Source: Podarcis bocagei
Taxonomy: Eukaryota
Length of the DNA stretch: 64,000 bases
Strand: one strand, 5' to 3'
Assembly: GCA_964188305.1 (NCBI GenBank)
Contig: OZ076885.1
Positions 63,007-64,000 of this stretch are shown piece by piece. The number at the start of each line of letters is the position of its first letter. Within the stretch, counting starts at the first letter, position 1. Both the position numbers and the translations under genes were made by a program. The notes beneath the pieces were generated by a model. It was not told the origin of the DNA, made no database searches, and saw only the letters and a program-made list of their open reading frames with translations.

Positions 63007-63146
63007 NNNNNNNNNNNNNNNNNNNNNNNNNNNNNNNNNNNNNNNNNNNNNNNNNNNNNNNNNNNNNNNNNNNNNNNNNNNNNNNNNNNNNNNNNNNNNN
63101 NNNNNNNNNNNNNNNNNNNNNNNNNNNNNNNNNNNNNNNNNNNNNN
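63007..63146. other. N-block 8 (140 nt) in unique sequence
   Basis: Run of N with non-repetitive flanks. Confidence 0.95.
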
Positions 63147-63597
63147 ATATTAGGGATTGTTTTCAAAGTGAAAAGCAATCTCTCGGGTCCTTTGCTCAAA
63201 AAAAGAAAGAAAAACAAAACAATGTGTATAGCTTCTCTCTCCCCCTGCCCCCTGCTTTCAAGTAACCTCACTGCACTATATGATATAATAATTGCTCCAT
63301 GCAAGAAATCATTCATTGCAAACCAATTTGGTGACTTTAAATACTGGAGCAAGGCATCACCTTGGTTTGTCTGAGGATTTATTATTTTCAACTTTCGAAT
63401 GCAATGTTTTAATTTCTATAGCAACGGTAGATTATAATCACCATATCTTCCGGTGCGTCAAAGTCATTATAAAGTTTTCTGCATGATCTGAATAGCTGGA
63501 AAGTGACTAGATTTGGAAAAGTCTTTAAAAAAGAAAAAGAGAAACATTTCTAAATAGCATGGCTAGGCCTATTTGTTGACTCTTCGGTAAATGCCCT

Positions 63598-63648
63598 TTG
63601 TTGTTGTTTAGTCGTTTAGTTGTGTCCGACTCTTCGTGACCCCATGGA
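63598..63648 (-). mobile_element. extremely 5'-truncated RTE-BovB insertion (51 bp)
   Basis: Antisense tccatggggtcacgaagagtcggacacaactaaacgactaaa(caa)n; perfect 12-bp TSD GGTAAATGCCCT. Confidence 0.9.
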
Positions 63649-64000
63649 GGTAAATGCCCTACAATCCATTAAAAGGACAGAACCATGTATATGCCAAATG
63701 CAAGCATGTAACATTTCCTTTGACATATATGCAAAAATAATCCGAGCTAGAAATATATTGTATCCTGGACAGATATGCATGCATTATCATGTTTGTCTAG
63801 GTTGGCAAGTAAGCATTTACAGAGTTTTCACTCCACGCATAAAACAGAGAAACTACCCTGGCCATTTCTTTTTTTAAAAAATCACCATATGGGATTGTGG
63901 CTTCCTCCTTATATTTTCTTATAAATTCTGATAAAGTACTATGTATGTACACAGGCTGGATTCCTTCCCCCCCCCCTCAAAATAATAATAATAAAAATAC

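Noticed and set aside
7371-63391. Long ORFs in the track that span N-blocks
   Set aside because: They are open only because N translates as X.

Overview
Vertebrate nuclear DNA, AT-rich and CpG-poor, almost certainly from a squamate and probably a lacertid lizard. The evidence is a Sauria SINE, Squam2/Squam3-type SINEs, a BovB tail, CR1 and L2 relics, and many hAT and Tc1/mariner(Tigger)-type MITEs with target-site duplications (TSDs). No intact long CDS is visible; the ORF track is essentially noise plus decayed LINE fragments. The window looks like intronic sequence of a large minus-strand gene that I could not name. Eight 132-308 nt N-blocks lie in unique sequence, and the four leftmost each begin 3-17 nt after a minus-strand splice acceptor, which suggests masked exons or conserved elements rather than repeat-caused gaps. 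One unmasked 66-nt candidate cassette exon (8110-8175) and possible alternative first exons (23.0-24.9 kb) fit the same strand. The most unusual unexplained structure is a tandem 88-bp unit carrying a 59-nt hairpin at 57.7-57.9 kb. All calls come from reading the sequence; no database searches were run.
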